From NCBI GenBank assembly GCA_007376405.1, contig VMGD01000001.1:2891-66890 (forward strand): DNA of 64,000 bases. The letters run 5' to 3'. The translations under genes and the position numbers were made by a program. Source of the stretch: Microgenomates group bacterium Gr01-1014_7 (lineage in GTDB: Bacteria; Patescibacteriota; Microgenomatia; Daviesbacterales; UBA10151). How positions within the stretch are numbered: the stretch's first letter is position 1; each line of letters opens with the position of its first letter. Of this stretch, positions 48,898-58,872 are shown in pieces. The notes under the pieces are model-generated. The model made no database searches and was not told the origin of the DNA. It was given only the letters and a program-made list of their open reading frames with translations.

Positions 48898-50621
48898 ATC
48901 TTTGGGAAACTAATTATCCAGTTTTTGCAGAATTCTTTTCTATTCATTTTCTCCATGTAAAAAATATTTGTATTCATTACTCTTATATATCTTGCTAAAT
49001 CTACATCATTGCATACTAAATCATTATTTATTACAAAAATGGTTCCTGCATCAGCAAGTGACACGATACCTTTTTTACCATTTTCTTCTCTATTACACTT
49101 ATTCCTTGCATCGGTAATTAATATCTCTCCTTTTGTAAAATCTACTCCTTTGGGACAATCACTAGAAAATGTGGCCTTGTTTAAAGAAAAATCCTTTGCT
49201 TTTATTTTTTGATTTGCTTTTAGGATATCTTGTTTAGTTTCATACATTCCAGAATAAAATAGATATTGCTCAAACACTACCTTTGAAGATTCATTAGTAA
49301 CCACATAAATCTTCTGAATACTGGCAATATCCTGACTTTGCTTTACATAATTTGCTATAATTCTTTCTCCTAAAAACCAGCGATCTGCGGAATAAATTGG
49401 ATACCTGAAAAAATAAAGATGAATAAAATATAAAACCCCTACTATATATAAACTAATTAAGAAAATAAATATAAGTTTTTTAAATTTTCCTATTTGGGTC
49501 AAAGACCACATTCCTACTCCTGAGAGTATTACCATATAAGGAAACATTGAAAAAGCTCTAATAGCATAGGTTTTTTCTACCTTATCTATAGCCGAAACTG
49601 ATGGAGCTAAAGCAATAATTGACATAGTCAACCAAAAAACACCTCTTTTTAAAGTAAACAGAGTGATTAATCCAATAATTATTAAGGGGAAATCTAAATA
49701 ATGAAATTGTCCATAATCCCATGTTGAGTAAACAGATACTGTCTCTCCACGGGCAAAAAGAGCTGTAGTATCAAAAGCACCTAAATAAACATCAATCACT
49801 CTCCTTAATGTTATGGTCAGCTTATTTATAAAAATAGGCAAGGCGAAATTTGGTATTGCTTGCCTTCTTTCCAAATTGACTATATCAGATGCCCAACTTT
49901 GATCAAAAATTAATAGTTCTCCCGTCCTTGCCCCAGCAGGCTGATGATGAATAGTCAAGGTGTATAAGGAAAAAGTTAAAAAGGTAAGTAAACCCATAGC
50001 AAGGTATGGTAATTTGGATTGTTTACTTTTATCAGTTTTAAATTTATATACTAGAAGAATTATAATTAAAGGTAAAAAAAATAATTTAGCGCCCAGATAG
50101 CTTAGAAAGCCTAAAATAAAAAAGGGGAAAGAAAAAAGTATTCTCCAGGAATTTTTACTTAAAAGAAGATATGTTCCCAAAAGAAAAAAGAAGGAGGCAA
50201 AAGTCGTCTCCAACGCATTCCTACTGGTATGAATACTCCAAGGGTTTACTGCCATAAAAAGGGCGGCAAAATTGGCAATTTTCTCATTTAATAGATTTTT
50301 AGTAATTAAATATACAAGTAGAACAGATAAAACGCCAAAGATAGCATATATTATTCTTGAATTAAATTGAGAGAGAGGATTTGGACCCACCCAAAACATA
50401 ATGACATAAGATGGAATCTCAGATATCACTACATCAAAATCCTTTTCTCCCCAAGAAAACAAAGCTGAAGCAGTTAAGGGAATATTTTTACCCGTGTGAT
50501 ATAAAGATTTAGCATTCATGACATAATTCAACTCATCATAAATCATAGATGGTGGAAAAATATCTAAAAACCACACCCGCAGAAATAGAGCAATACTAAG
50601 AATTAAAAATAATACTTTCAT
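48894..50621 (-). CDS. ArnT/PMT-like (GT39/GT83-type) GT-C glycosyltransferase, family B
   Basis: LR...PPSMIYDE, NPWSI..SR.A.E, many TM segments, soluble C-terminal domain. Confidence 0.8.
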   Translation of the reverse strand: MKVLFLILSIALFLRVWFLDIFPPSMIYDELNYVMNAKSLYHTGKNIPLTASALFSWGEKDFDVVISEIPSYVIMFWVGPNPLSQFNSRIIYAIFGVLSVLLVYLITKNLLNEKIANFAALFMAVNPWSIHTSRNALETTFASFFFLLGTYLLLSKNSWRILFSFPFFILGFLSYLGAKLFFLPLIIILLVYKFKTDKSKQSKLPYLAMGLLTFLTFSLYTLTIHHQPAGARTGELLIFDQSWASDIVNLERRQAIPNFALPIFINKLTITLRRVIDVYLGAFDTTALFARGETVSVYSTWDYGQFHYLDFPLIIIGLITLFTLKRGVFWLTMSIIALAPSVSAIDKVEKTYAIRAFSMFPYMVILSGVGMWSLTQIGKFKKLIFIFLISLYIVGVLYFIHLYFFRYPIYSADRWFLGERIIANYVKQSQDIASIQKIYVVTNESSKVVFEQYLFYSGMYETKQDILKANQKIKAKDFSLNKATFSSDCPKGVDFTKGEILITDARNKCNREENGKKGIVSLADAGTIFVINNDLVCNDVDLARYIRVMNTNIFYMEKMNRKEFCKNWIISFPKI

Positions 50622-50668
50622 TACAACTTTTGATTTTACCTTTATTTAGATTACATTAACTCTAAAGT

Positions 50669-51451
50669 TTAATTCCGGTCAAACCTCCACTTTCTTTTAT
50701 TCTCATCAGCATAATAATTTAATATCCTTAATCTGTAAAAAACTGCAAGTGTATCTTTAAGCATAGCAAGCACTGTTCTTACAAATCTCTGGCTTGTAAA
50801 AGTAGACGTTCCTCCAAATCTTAGATTAATATCAATAGGTGCCTCAAAAATTCTTTTAAATCCCAGATAATTTGCAACAGCAAGCATCTCAACATCAAAA
50901 GCAAACCGCTTAACCAGTAAACGGGGAAGTACTTTTTCCAACACTGCTCTTCTAAAAAATTTCATACCTACTTGGGTATCCCTAATCTTTAAACCGAAAA
51001 GCACTAAAACAAGAAATTGATACCCCATTGAAAGAATTCTTCTTTGCCAAGGATAATCAACTTTTGAAACCGGGTGTCTTTTAGAACCTACAATAATATC
51101 GGCGTTATACCATTCAAAATGTTCCAGAAGAAGAGATAGTCCGTTAGGATTTAGATCCATCCCTGCATCAACAAAACCAACAATATCCCCTCTACTTTCT
51201 GCCATCCCAAACCGCACAGCATACCCCTTACCTTTATTCGTTTCATATCCTATGACTTTTACATTTGAGTATTTTTTTGCAAACCTTTGAGCATTAATAA
51301 ACGTATTATCTATTTTTCCGTCTACAACACATATCAGTTCAGTTGGATAACGCAGTTTATCCAAAACCTCTTTTATTCTCTTAAGATCCCTAACTATCGC
51401 CCCCTCTTGCCTGAAGGCGGGAACTATTACTGATATTAAACTTATTTCCAT
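50669..51451 (-). CDS. GT2, polyprenol-phosphate glycosyltransferase (DPM1/ALG5-like)
   Basis: VPAFRQE, NKGKGYAV, VDAGMD, GSKRH, DTQVGMKFF, FAFDVE. Confidence 0.88.
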   Translation of the reverse strand: MEISLISVIVPAFRQEGAIVRDLKRIKEVLDKLRYPTELICVVDGKIDNTFINAQRFAKKYSNVKVIGYETNKGKGYAVRFGMAESRGDIVGFVDAGMDLNPNGLSLLLEHFEWYNADIIVGSKRHPVSKVDYPWQRRILSMGYQFLVLVLFGLKIRDTQVGMKFFRRAVLEKVLPRLLVKRFAFDVEMLAVANYLGFKRIFEAPIDINLRFGGTSTFTSQRFVRTVLAMLKDTLAVFYRLRILNYYADENKRKWRFDRN

Positions 51452-52673
51452 AGGTAGAGTATATAAGCAGAGACACTAGTAGTAAAGCAGTTACAATAAT
51501 TGATACTAGGATGACATCAAATAAACTTTGGTGATAAAACCAAATGGCTGCAATTTGAGCTATAGCAGCCAGTAAAGGTAAGACCACAACTTTAGTCCGG
51601 TTCAGCGATAAATGAAAATTAATTAGCAGTGAAGAAAACGTAAAAAGAGTCATAAAAATACCAAACCATACCAATAAATTGGCTGATTCCAAATAGGCAG
51701 ACCCATAAAGCAAGTTTACGGCAAATCTGGGAAACAATAAATAAACTATTAAAATACTTAAAGATATTGCCGCTGTTGCAAAGAAGCTGTAAAGAAAGAT
51801 CTTTTTATACCTTAGTCCTTTGGCATGTCTTTGAGAAACAATGGGAAACATGACCGATCCAATCGGACCGGCTCCAAAGAAAATAATCTTTCCCAGCGTA
51901 GATAAAGAGGCATAAAGACCAGCGTCATGAGAAGAGAAGAAATGTTTTACTAAGATTAAATCTGAAGAGTAAAGCGAAGTTACAGCTAAAGATTGTACCA
52001 ATATCTGAATAGTAAAAAGCAGCATCGGTTTTAGATTTAATGAAAAATTGGATTCCTCTTTAGTTTGAATCTTGAGATAATGGTTGGTAAATAACCAACC
52101 CAAAAGTGCCGCAATCACAAAAGCCAACATTGCTCCGCCGACTCGAAAGCCCAAATAGACCAAAGCCACACTAACAAGAAGTTTTGCCCCATTTTCTAAA
52201 AAGACAGATAACATCATCTCTTTAAATTTCAACAGGCCTTGCAGTATGGATCTATTTAAAAGTGTTTGGATGGCGAAAAGGGAAGCTAAGGCAATCAAAA
52301 AAAGATAGCTCAATTTATTAATATGTAAAAAGGAGGCTAAAGCCGGTGATATAACAATTATGAAAATAAAAAAGATCAATGAAATCTTAAAGACTTTTGT
52401 TTTTAGCCAATGGATTAAAATTGCTACCTCCCTCTCATTTTTTGCGCCCGATACATATTTAATAATGACCAAACTCAAAGATCCAGGGATAATTCCCAAA
52501 AGCCCCATCAAAGAAATTAAAGCTGCCAGTTCCCCATAAAAGGCAGGACCTAACATCCGTCCTATCACCAAATGATATATATAATTCAGGAGGTTAATGC
52601 TATTGCTTCCTAAAACCATTATGGCGCTACCTGAAAAAAGCGGGTGTTTAATGAAATTGAAAATTTTCTTCAT
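51390..52673 (-). CDS. Wzx/MOP-family oligosaccharide flippase
   Basis: About 12 TM segments, R.LGP..YG, D.ILVK.FF....AGLY, LLYG..Y; ATGA-coupled start 52673. Confidence 0.85.
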   Translation of the reverse strand: MKKIFNFIKHPLFSGSAIMVLGSNSINLLNYIYHLVIGRMLGPAFYGELAALISLMGLLGIIPGSLSLVIIKYVSGAKNEREVAILIHWLKTKVFKISLIFFIFIIVISPALASFLHINKLSYLFLIALASLFAIQTLLNRSILQGLLKFKEMMLSVFLENGAKLLVSVALVYLGFRVGGAMLAFVIAALLGWLFTNHYLKIQTKEESNFSLNLKPMLLFTIQILVQSLAVTSLYSSDLILVKHFFSSHDAGLYASLSTLGKIIFFGAGPIGSVMFPIVSQRHAKGLRYKKIFLYSFFATAAISLSILIVYLLFPRFAVNLLYGSAYLESANLLVWFGIFMTLFTFSSLLINFHLSLNRTKVVVLPLLAAIAQIAAIWFYHQSLFDVILVSIIVTALLLVSLLIYSTYGNKFNISNSSRLQARGGDS

Positions 52674-53830
52674 GCTACCCAATATCCTCTCAAAAACAGA
52701 GTTGTTTCGGCAAATAAAATTAGGCATGAAATAAACAAAAAAATTACTCTTAAAAACTTTGGAAGGCTGTTGACAAAGATAGCCAATGCTAAAAAACTTG
52801 GGAATAAAACTATTATATATCTGGGCAGAGAAGAAAAACTGCCTTGAACTGTTGTTAATAAAAACCCAAATATTGCATACAAAAGATAAGATAGCCTAAT
52901 TTTTTTAAAATAGCCGTAAATGGGCAATAAGAAAAATGTTATTCCCACCATAATCTCTAAAATAATTGTTTGATAAATAGGATTTTGCATGTCAACAGTC
53001 AGAAGCATCTTCAGATAACGAAAATAGACTTGTGGCAATAAAATAATACCCGACTGGTGCTGTTCCCCCACTTCTTTTTGTAAATTATAGAAAGCTAAAG
53101 GATCTCCGAAGTTTAAATATTGGTAAATCATATAAATTCCCAGTCCAGTAGGTATCATAAAAAGCCAAATGATTTTCTTAAAAGGTACTTTTTGTTGCCA
53201 TGCTTCAAACAGTAATGCTGGAAGGAGTATAATCCCAAAAACTCTGGTGGATGATGCAATGGCCCCTATTAAGGAGGCTTCAATCCATTTTCCTTTTCTT
53301 GCAAGGTAAAAAGATGAGACTGATAGCAATAAAAATAATGACTCACTATATAAAGCTCCGAAATAAAATGATGTTGGAAAACAAAGAAGCACTATGAGAG
53401 TTAAGAAACTAATTTTTTTTGAATAATCTAAATTAAGTAATTCAAAAAGTAATATTAAAGCAATAAAGAAAGAGGTATTTGAAATTATTAAACCCACAAT
53501 GGTTGAAGATAATATAGAGATTAAGAGATTGGAAGAAAAAGGGCTTGCAAAAAAATTAATTATCATAGGAAAAATTGGGAAAAAAGCTTGTTCCAACTCG
53601 TTATAACCAAAAATAGCTATTGATAGAAAATGTTCTCCATCAAAATTTGCCCAAGCAAATAGTTCAGGTGAGAGCTGAAAATTTATTGGCCCCCCGCCTA
53701 AATACCGGGATGTTGAAGCCAACGGAAAATTTAGAGCGATAAGAGAAAAAATAATTAATGCTGTTCTCCAAGATAAAAATAAGCCTATGATAATTTTTGT
53801 ATCAGTATTGATCTTGGAAAAAATCCTCAT
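52670..53830 (-). CDS. PIG-V/GT76-like GT-C mannosyltransferase-family protein
   Basis: WANFDGEHFLSIA..GY....AFFP.FP, PTSFY...YSESLFL, PRY...FP. Confidence 0.82.
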   Translation of the reverse strand: MRIFSKINTDTKIIIGLFLSWRTALIIFSLIALNFPLASTSRYLGGGPINFQLSPELFAWANFDGEHFLSIAIFGYNELEQAFFPIFPMIINFFASPFSSNLLISILSSTIVGLIISNTSFFIALILLFELLNLDYSKKISFLTLIVLLCFPTSFYFGALYSESLFLLLSVSSFYLARKGKWIEASLIGAIASSTRVFGIILLPALLFEAWQQKVPFKKIIWLFMIPTGLGIYMIYQYLNFGDPLAFYNLQKEVGEQHQSGIILLPQVYFRYLKMLLTVDMQNPIYQTIILEIMVGITFFLLPIYGYFKKIRLSYLLYAIFGFLLTTVQGSFSSLPRYIIVLFPSFLALAIFVNSLPKFLRVIFLFISCLILFAETTLFLRGYWVA

Positions 53831-54891
53831 TTTATAACCTTCAAGTAAACTTTTTTTATCTCCTCAGCGAATTTTATCCAGGAAAATCTGGCTGCCTGTT
53901 TTAATCCCAACCGTGATAGCTTAGATTGTAGCGATTTATCGTACAATAGCTCTCTGGCAATCTTGACAAACTGGCTTACATTAGTTGGATCGAAATAAAC
54001 TGCGGCATCCCCTCCTACCTCTTTTAAACTACCCCTATTTGAAGAAATAACCGGTGTGCCGCAAGCAAAAGATTGCAAAATAGGCATACCAAAACCTTCA
54101 TATAATGAAGGTTGTACATATACAGTAGCCAAATTATAAAAGGCAATTAACTCTTTATCTTCCAAATTACCCGGCTTGATGATTTTTTGTTCAAGACTAT
54201 ATTCTTTGATAAGTTTATTAACCAGTTTTAAAGATTCAAGTTCGGGATGATCAATATTTTCAACATTTTTTAAAAAAACTCCTCCTACTAAAATCAGTTT
54301 AAGATTCTCTAATTCTTTGTATTCTAAAAGCTTTCTAAAACCATCAATCAAAAATGGCAGATTTTTCGTCCAATTGGCATCACCCACATATAATATATAT
54401 TGATCAGGCAGCTGATACTTTCTCTTAATATAAATTAAATCCCTATCCGGTAACACTTTAAACTGCCAATCGGCTGATAAATAGACAGCTGTAATTTTTG
54501 AACTATCAATCTTAAGATGTTTAATAATATCTAATTTTGATACATGTGAATCTGTCATAACAGCGCAGTTTGATAGTGCAATTTTTTGTAGAAAATGATT
54601 AAACTTACCCTTTATACCGACTGGGTAATAATCTGAAAAAATAAGCGGTATCACATCATGAATGGTAACTACAGTGGGAAAATTCTTCTTAATTGGCAAT
54701 GTGTGAAAAAAAAGGTCAAACCAGGGATAGTGAACCAGATCTACGTTTTTTAACTCATCCTGATTTCTAAACTTAATAATTTCAACTTCATTATCTTTTT
54801 CCAAAATATCTATTAAATTTTTCGTATAGTAACCTATACCTCTTGATTTATGAGCTGTTTCTAAAGGTAAAATGTTAATGCCTATCTTCAT
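53827..54891 (-). CDS. Glycosyltransferase family 4 (WbaZ/MtfB-like)
   Basis: RGIGYY, TIHDVIP, KNL, PSLYEGFGMP. Confidence 0.92.
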   Translation of the reverse strand: MKIGINILPLETAHKSRGIGYYTKNLIDILEKDNEVEIIKFRNQDELKNVDLVHYPWFDLFFHTLPIKKNFPTVVTIHDVIPLIFSDYYPVGIKGKFNHFLQKIALSNCAVMTDSHVSKLDIIKHLKIDSSKITAVYLSADWQFKVLPDRDLIYIKRKYQLPDQYILYVGDANWTKNLPFLIDGFRKLLEYKELENLKLILVGGVFLKNVENIDHPELESLKLVNKLIKEYSLEQKIIKPGNLEDKELIAFYNLATVYVQPSLYEGFGMPILQSFACGTPVISSNRGSLKEVGGDAAVYFDPTNVSQFVKIARELLYDKSLQSKLSRLGLKQAARFSWIKFAEEIKKVYLKVIK

Positions 54892-55658
54892 TTATCTTCT
54901 CCTTTATCAATCAATAATTTTATATAGGCAATAGGAAACCGCAGGGAAGAAAACAATGAAAAAACAAAACCGGGAAAACCATCGATAAAACCTTTGTGCC
55001 TGAAATAAGTCTTCACAAACCACCAAACGGGTTTTATAAAAAAATAATCTACTGATGTTATGAAACCTTTTTTAACTCCATTTTGCTTCATTTGTGTGGC
55101 AATCAAATCAGTATATGTATTTAATCTTTGAATATAGATTGCAAAATTTTTATCCCTTAGATGCAAAAGATCATTTTTTAGAAATCCCACTTTACCTTCA
55201 ACTACAGCTTGCTCATGAACATCTTTAGCCGGAAGCCTTCCCTTGCCTATTTTATAAAGCCGCAAGGTATAATCAGGATACTGACCGCCCTTTTTAAGAA
55301 ATCTTCCTAGAAAGAAATTTTTCCGGGGAATCCAATAGCCATTTATTTCGGATTTCCTTGAAACAATTTTTTTTATCTCTTGGGATAACTCTCTGGTAAC
55401 TACTTCATCTGCATCCAACTGCAGAATCCAATCTCCTTTTGCCGCATCAATTGCTTTATTTTTATTAATATGAAATACGGCAGGATTATCTGCCGATATT
55501 ACCCTAGCTCCAAAACTTTTTGCAATCTGCACTGTTTTATCTTTGGATCCTCCATCAACTATAACAATTTCCCAAGCAAAATCAGCAACCGACTCAAGAC
55601 ATTGTCTTAAATTTTCTTCTTCGTTATATACGGCCAATACTACCGAAATCTTTGTCAT
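54888..55658 (-). CDS. Glycosyltransferase family 2 (WaaE/LgtF-like)
   Basis: VYNEE, VDGGSKD, LDADE, YPD...RL, VHE. Confidence 0.9.
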   Translation of the reverse strand: MTKISVVLAVYNEEENLRQCLESVADFAWEIVIVDGGSKDKTVQIAKSFGARVISADNPAVFHINKNKAIDAAKGDWILQLDADEVVTRELSQEIKKIVSRKSEINGYWIPRKNFFLGRFLKKGGQYPDYTLRLYKIGKGRLPAKDVHEQAVVEGKVGFLKNDLLHLRDKNFAIYIQRLNTYTDLIATQMKQNGVKKGFITSVDYFFIKPVWWFVKTYFRHKGFIDGFPGFVFSLFSSLRFPIAYIKLLIDKGEDK

Positions 55659-57250
55659 TGTGCACTCACTAAATAGAAATCGTTACCTCCATCAGGGAAG
55701 TGAATAATTCTTACTACATTAAACTTTGCTCGATATTTTAAACCATCATACTGACTGGGCGTAAGAACATATAATACACTGGGCAGAGGGGCGCTTTCAA
55801 TAGGATCCCAACCTCCAAAATAATACTTATCGAAGGATGAAACAGTATTATACTTATAACTCTTACTATCCAAACGATTGTATATTACAGTATTTCTAAA
55901 ATCCGGTAGAGGTTCTTTCAAATAAAAAAGGAAAAAGATGTACGGTTGTGATCTTTCTTCTGTTACGTAAATTGTATGATACCGTGGATGATCCTTGACA
56001 AACTCTACAATTTGCTTCATACCATATTGCCAATCAGTTGGTTCCTTTTTCGGGTAAATATTATAATAATAGTTAAGGTAGGAATATACTTCTATGCTCA
56101 GAATAAGCAGAATAATAAACAGTGCTAATAATTTTATCTTATTCCTAGTAAGTTTCAGAATCTTAGTTGCTCCAAAAGCTGAGAGAAGATGCATACTACC
56201 CATCATAAAAACTGCCCTAGTAGCACTAGGCGCACCTCCAACTAAGCTGGCGGGAACAGGAGATAGTAGTAACCAGGCTAATAAAATTAGAGTAACCCTT
56301 GATCTTAATTTTAATAAATATAAAAGTCCTACTAAAATAAAAAGGGCGTCGATTTTATAGAATTCTCCACTAGTCTTGACTGAATTTCTTGGACTCTGGT
56401 CTCCTGTCAAAAATAAGTATTGAGGAGTAAAATGGCTTATGTAGTTTTTTAAAAAAATTTCTCCAATCGCAAGATTAGAATTTTTTGTCATTTTGTAAAT
56501 GGTTGTTTTCTCGAAATCTTCAAGATTTAGTTGAGTTTGTTTAACTCTTGCTGTTCCTAAAAGCCTTGGTTCTATGAAAAGTAGTGATATAAAGACAAGA
56601 AAAATAAGTAAACCGCTATAAAAATTCTTTGATAATTTTCTTAAGTCTTTAAAATAAAAAAAACAAAGCAGTAAAACTATTAAGGGAACTACAATCTTTG
56701 AGGAATGATAGGATAAAATGCTAAGACCAAAACTTAAGAATGATATATTTATTAACCAACCTTTTTTTTGTAAAGCTAAATAGAACATCAGTAGACCTAA
56801 CATAAAGAAAAAAAGTGCGAAATTGACTTCCCATAATCCCCTGGAAAATTGTAAGTGATATGGTGAAACTGCCAAAAATAATGCGGAAATTAAGGCTGTT
56901 AGATCGTTCTTAAAAAGAATGCGAGTCAGGTAAAAAATTACTAAAACACTAAGTACACCAATTATTGCCCCGGGAAGTCTGGTTGTAAAATCCGATAAGC
57001 CAAATATTTTTACAAACGGTACAGTAAGATATATATGAATTGGGTGTTTATCATCTTTAAATGAAGTAAATACCAGTGGAAATGCTTTACCCCATTCATC
57101 TTTTCCCCAATTAGCTATTGCATATGCGTTATATCCTGCTGCGGCTTCATCCCAATTAACAGAGGGTGGTACTTGATCTAATTTGTATATCCTCAAAAAG
57201 GCAGCCAATAAAATAATTAAGAATAAAAAGATCTTAACTTTAATTTTCAT
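55655..57250 (-). CDS. ArnT/PMT-like GT-C glycosyltransferase, family B
   Basis: PPSVNWDEAA.GYNAY...GKDEWG, SPYHLQFSR, WQYG; likely start 57250. Confidence 0.83.
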   Translation of the reverse strand: MKIKVKIFLFLIILLAAFLRIYKLDQVPPSVNWDEAAAGYNAYAIANWGKDEWGKAFPLVFTSFKDDKHPIHIYLTVPFVKIFGLSDFTTRLPGAIIGVLSVLVIFYLTRILFKNDLTALISALFLAVSPYHLQFSRGLWEVNFALFFFMLGLLMFYLALQKKGWLINISFLSFGLSILSYHSSKIVVPLIVLLLCFFYFKDLRKLSKNFYSGLLIFLVFISLLFIEPRLLGTARVKQTQLNLEDFEKTTIYKMTKNSNLAIGEIFLKNYISHFTPQYLFLTGDQSPRNSVKTSGEFYKIDALFILVGLLYLLKLRSRVTLILLAWLLLSPVPASLVGGAPSATRAVFMMGSMHLLSAFGATKILKLTRNKIKLLALFIILLILSIEVYSYLNYYYNIYPKKEPTDWQYGMKQIVEFVKDHPRYHTIYVTEERSQPYIFFLFYLKEPLPDFRNTVIYNRLDSKSYKYNTVSSFDKYYFGGWDPIESAPLPSVLYVLTPSQYDGLKYRAKFNVVRIIHFPDGGNDFYLVSAQ

Positions 57251-58850
57251 TGTATACCCAGAAGGCTGTTTTCTCATCCAGGAATTTAATTTCTGCATAT
57301 GGACTTATATTATCCAGCTTGTCTAAATTAGTTGCAAAGATTAAAGTTTTTTTAGCTTTTAAATCTTCTTTATTAATTTTCCTAAATTCAAACTTATCAA
57401 ACTTTGAAACTGCTGAGAATCCACGGTTATTTACAGGGTTATACTTAACTTCATTTCGAAATTTTTCCGGATGATAGCGCAGATAATATAATGCAAAAAT
57501 ATACGGCTGAGCATATTCATCAGAAATAATAATCTTATCAAATTTATTAAACTGATCTTTATAATCCAAAAATAACCCTTTATATCCATACTGCCAATCT
57601 TGTGAGGATTCTCTATTATATTGACTAATGAAATTTTGAAAAAAATAAACAAAAAAGAGTAAGTAAATAAATATAATTAGAAATGGAGCTTTTTTAAAAT
57701 GTTTTGAAATAGATGTTGCTCCAACTGCCATTAGTATAGATAAAAACGGAACCACGGTTAGCGATCTTAAAGCATGGGGCGCTTCCTTAAAAAGGATTGC
57801 AGGAATTGGTCCTAAAAACAGAAATATAATGGGTAGATAAAGCAATAATTTCCTTTGCTTTTTAATGATAAAAATTCCCAGTAGAGCTAAAAATATATCA
57901 GTCAGGAATAGTTGACCGAATCCCTGTGGGTGATTTCTGGAATTTGAATCCCCCTCTAGTAAAAGAAATGAGGGGCTAAAATGAACAAAATAATTAGTTA
58001 GGATATTAGTAAAATTTTTGTTCCAATCAGTTGATTTACTTCGATCAAAAATTAGTTGCAGGTGAGGTTTACCTGAAAGATCATAGACTTGTTGAATGGT
58101 AGGTAACAAAGTAAAAGCTTGAACCCTACCAAAGCCTGCATCATAAATAAGTAATCTAACAATGGGAGTTAAACTTATTATAAAAATAATCAGTGCGCTA
58201 AGAATTAGAAAATAATTCTTTATCTTTATCGGCTGAATATGCAAAAAAAGAAGTAGAATTAAAGCTATTGGGGCAAGTATCCGAAAACTATTATAGCTAT
58301 AAATGCTAAGAATCAAACTTAAAGTTGCGAAAATTATCAAGTACTTTTTCTTTATTGCTAAAATCATAAAGTAAACCCCTAAAATAAAAAACATTAAACC
58401 TGCGGAGACCTCATACCCAGCCCTACTAAAAATAAATAACCAAGAGGAACAAGTAAGGAAAAAGGCGCTAAATAATGCTAATTTTGTATCCCTAAATAAT
58501 TCTTTCGCCAATAAATAGGTAATAAGTACAGTCATTAATGAAAATAGGACCGCAGGTAACCTAATCGAAAATTCATTAAGACCAAAAAGCTTAATAAAGA
58601 TTGCAGTGGTATAGATATAAACAGGTAGTTTGAACTCTCCAAAGGCTCTAAAATGAATGGGCAAAAATTCTCCCCACTCATCTTTCCCTGTTTGGGAAAT
58701 AGAGTAAGCGTTATAACCAATAGATGCTTCATCCCAATACAAAGAAGGAGGAATCTCGTTAATTTTGTAAAGACGAGTAAGCAGAAAAAATAAGCATATT
58801 AGAATTAAAAAAAAATTAGGTGAGAGTAATTTTGATATAGACGTAGCCAT
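57240..58850 (-). CDS. ArnT/PMT-like GT-C glycosyltransferase, family B
   Basis: PPSLYWDEASIGYNAYSI..TGKDEWG, FSR...E, PHALR, WQYGYK. Confidence 0.85.
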   Translation of the reverse strand: MATSISKLLSPNFFLILICLFFLLTRLYKINEIPPSLYWDEASIGYNAYSISQTGKDEWGEFLPIHFRAFGEFKLPVYIYTTAIFIKLFGLNEFSIRLPAVLFSLMTVLITYLLAKELFRDTKLALFSAFFLTCSSWLFIFSRAGYEVSAGLMFFILGVYFMILAIKKKYLIIFATLSLILSIYSYNSFRILAPIALILLLFLHIQPIKIKNYFLILSALIIFIISLTPIVRLLIYDAGFGRVQAFTLLPTIQQVYDLSGKPHLQLIFDRSKSTDWNKNFTNILTNYFVHFSPSFLLLEGDSNSRNHPQGFGQLFLTDIFLALLGIFIIKKQRKLLLYLPIIFLFLGPIPAILFKEAPHALRSLTVVPFLSILMAVGATSISKHFKKAPFLIIFIYLLFFVYFFQNFISQYNRESSQDWQYGYKGLFLDYKDQFNKFDKIIISDEYAQPYIFALYYLRYHPEKFRNEVKYNPVNNRGFSAVSKFDKFEFRKINKEDLKAKKTLIFATNLDKLDNISPYAEIKFLDEKTAFWVYNEN

Positions 58851-58872
58851 ATTATAACCATATAATCATATC
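58851..58872. promoter_or_regulatory. 22-bp divergent spacer with overlapping -10 boxes
   Basis: Plus TATAAT 58861-58866, 6 nt, ATG 58873; minus TATGGT 58862-58857, 6 nt, ATG 58850. Confidence 0.5.

Noticed and set aside
22720-57298. Long gene overlaps implied by the ORF track (22771, 37090, 52727, 57298)
   Set aside because: Downstream in-frame ATGs (22720, 37033, 52673, 57250) give ordinary coupled starts
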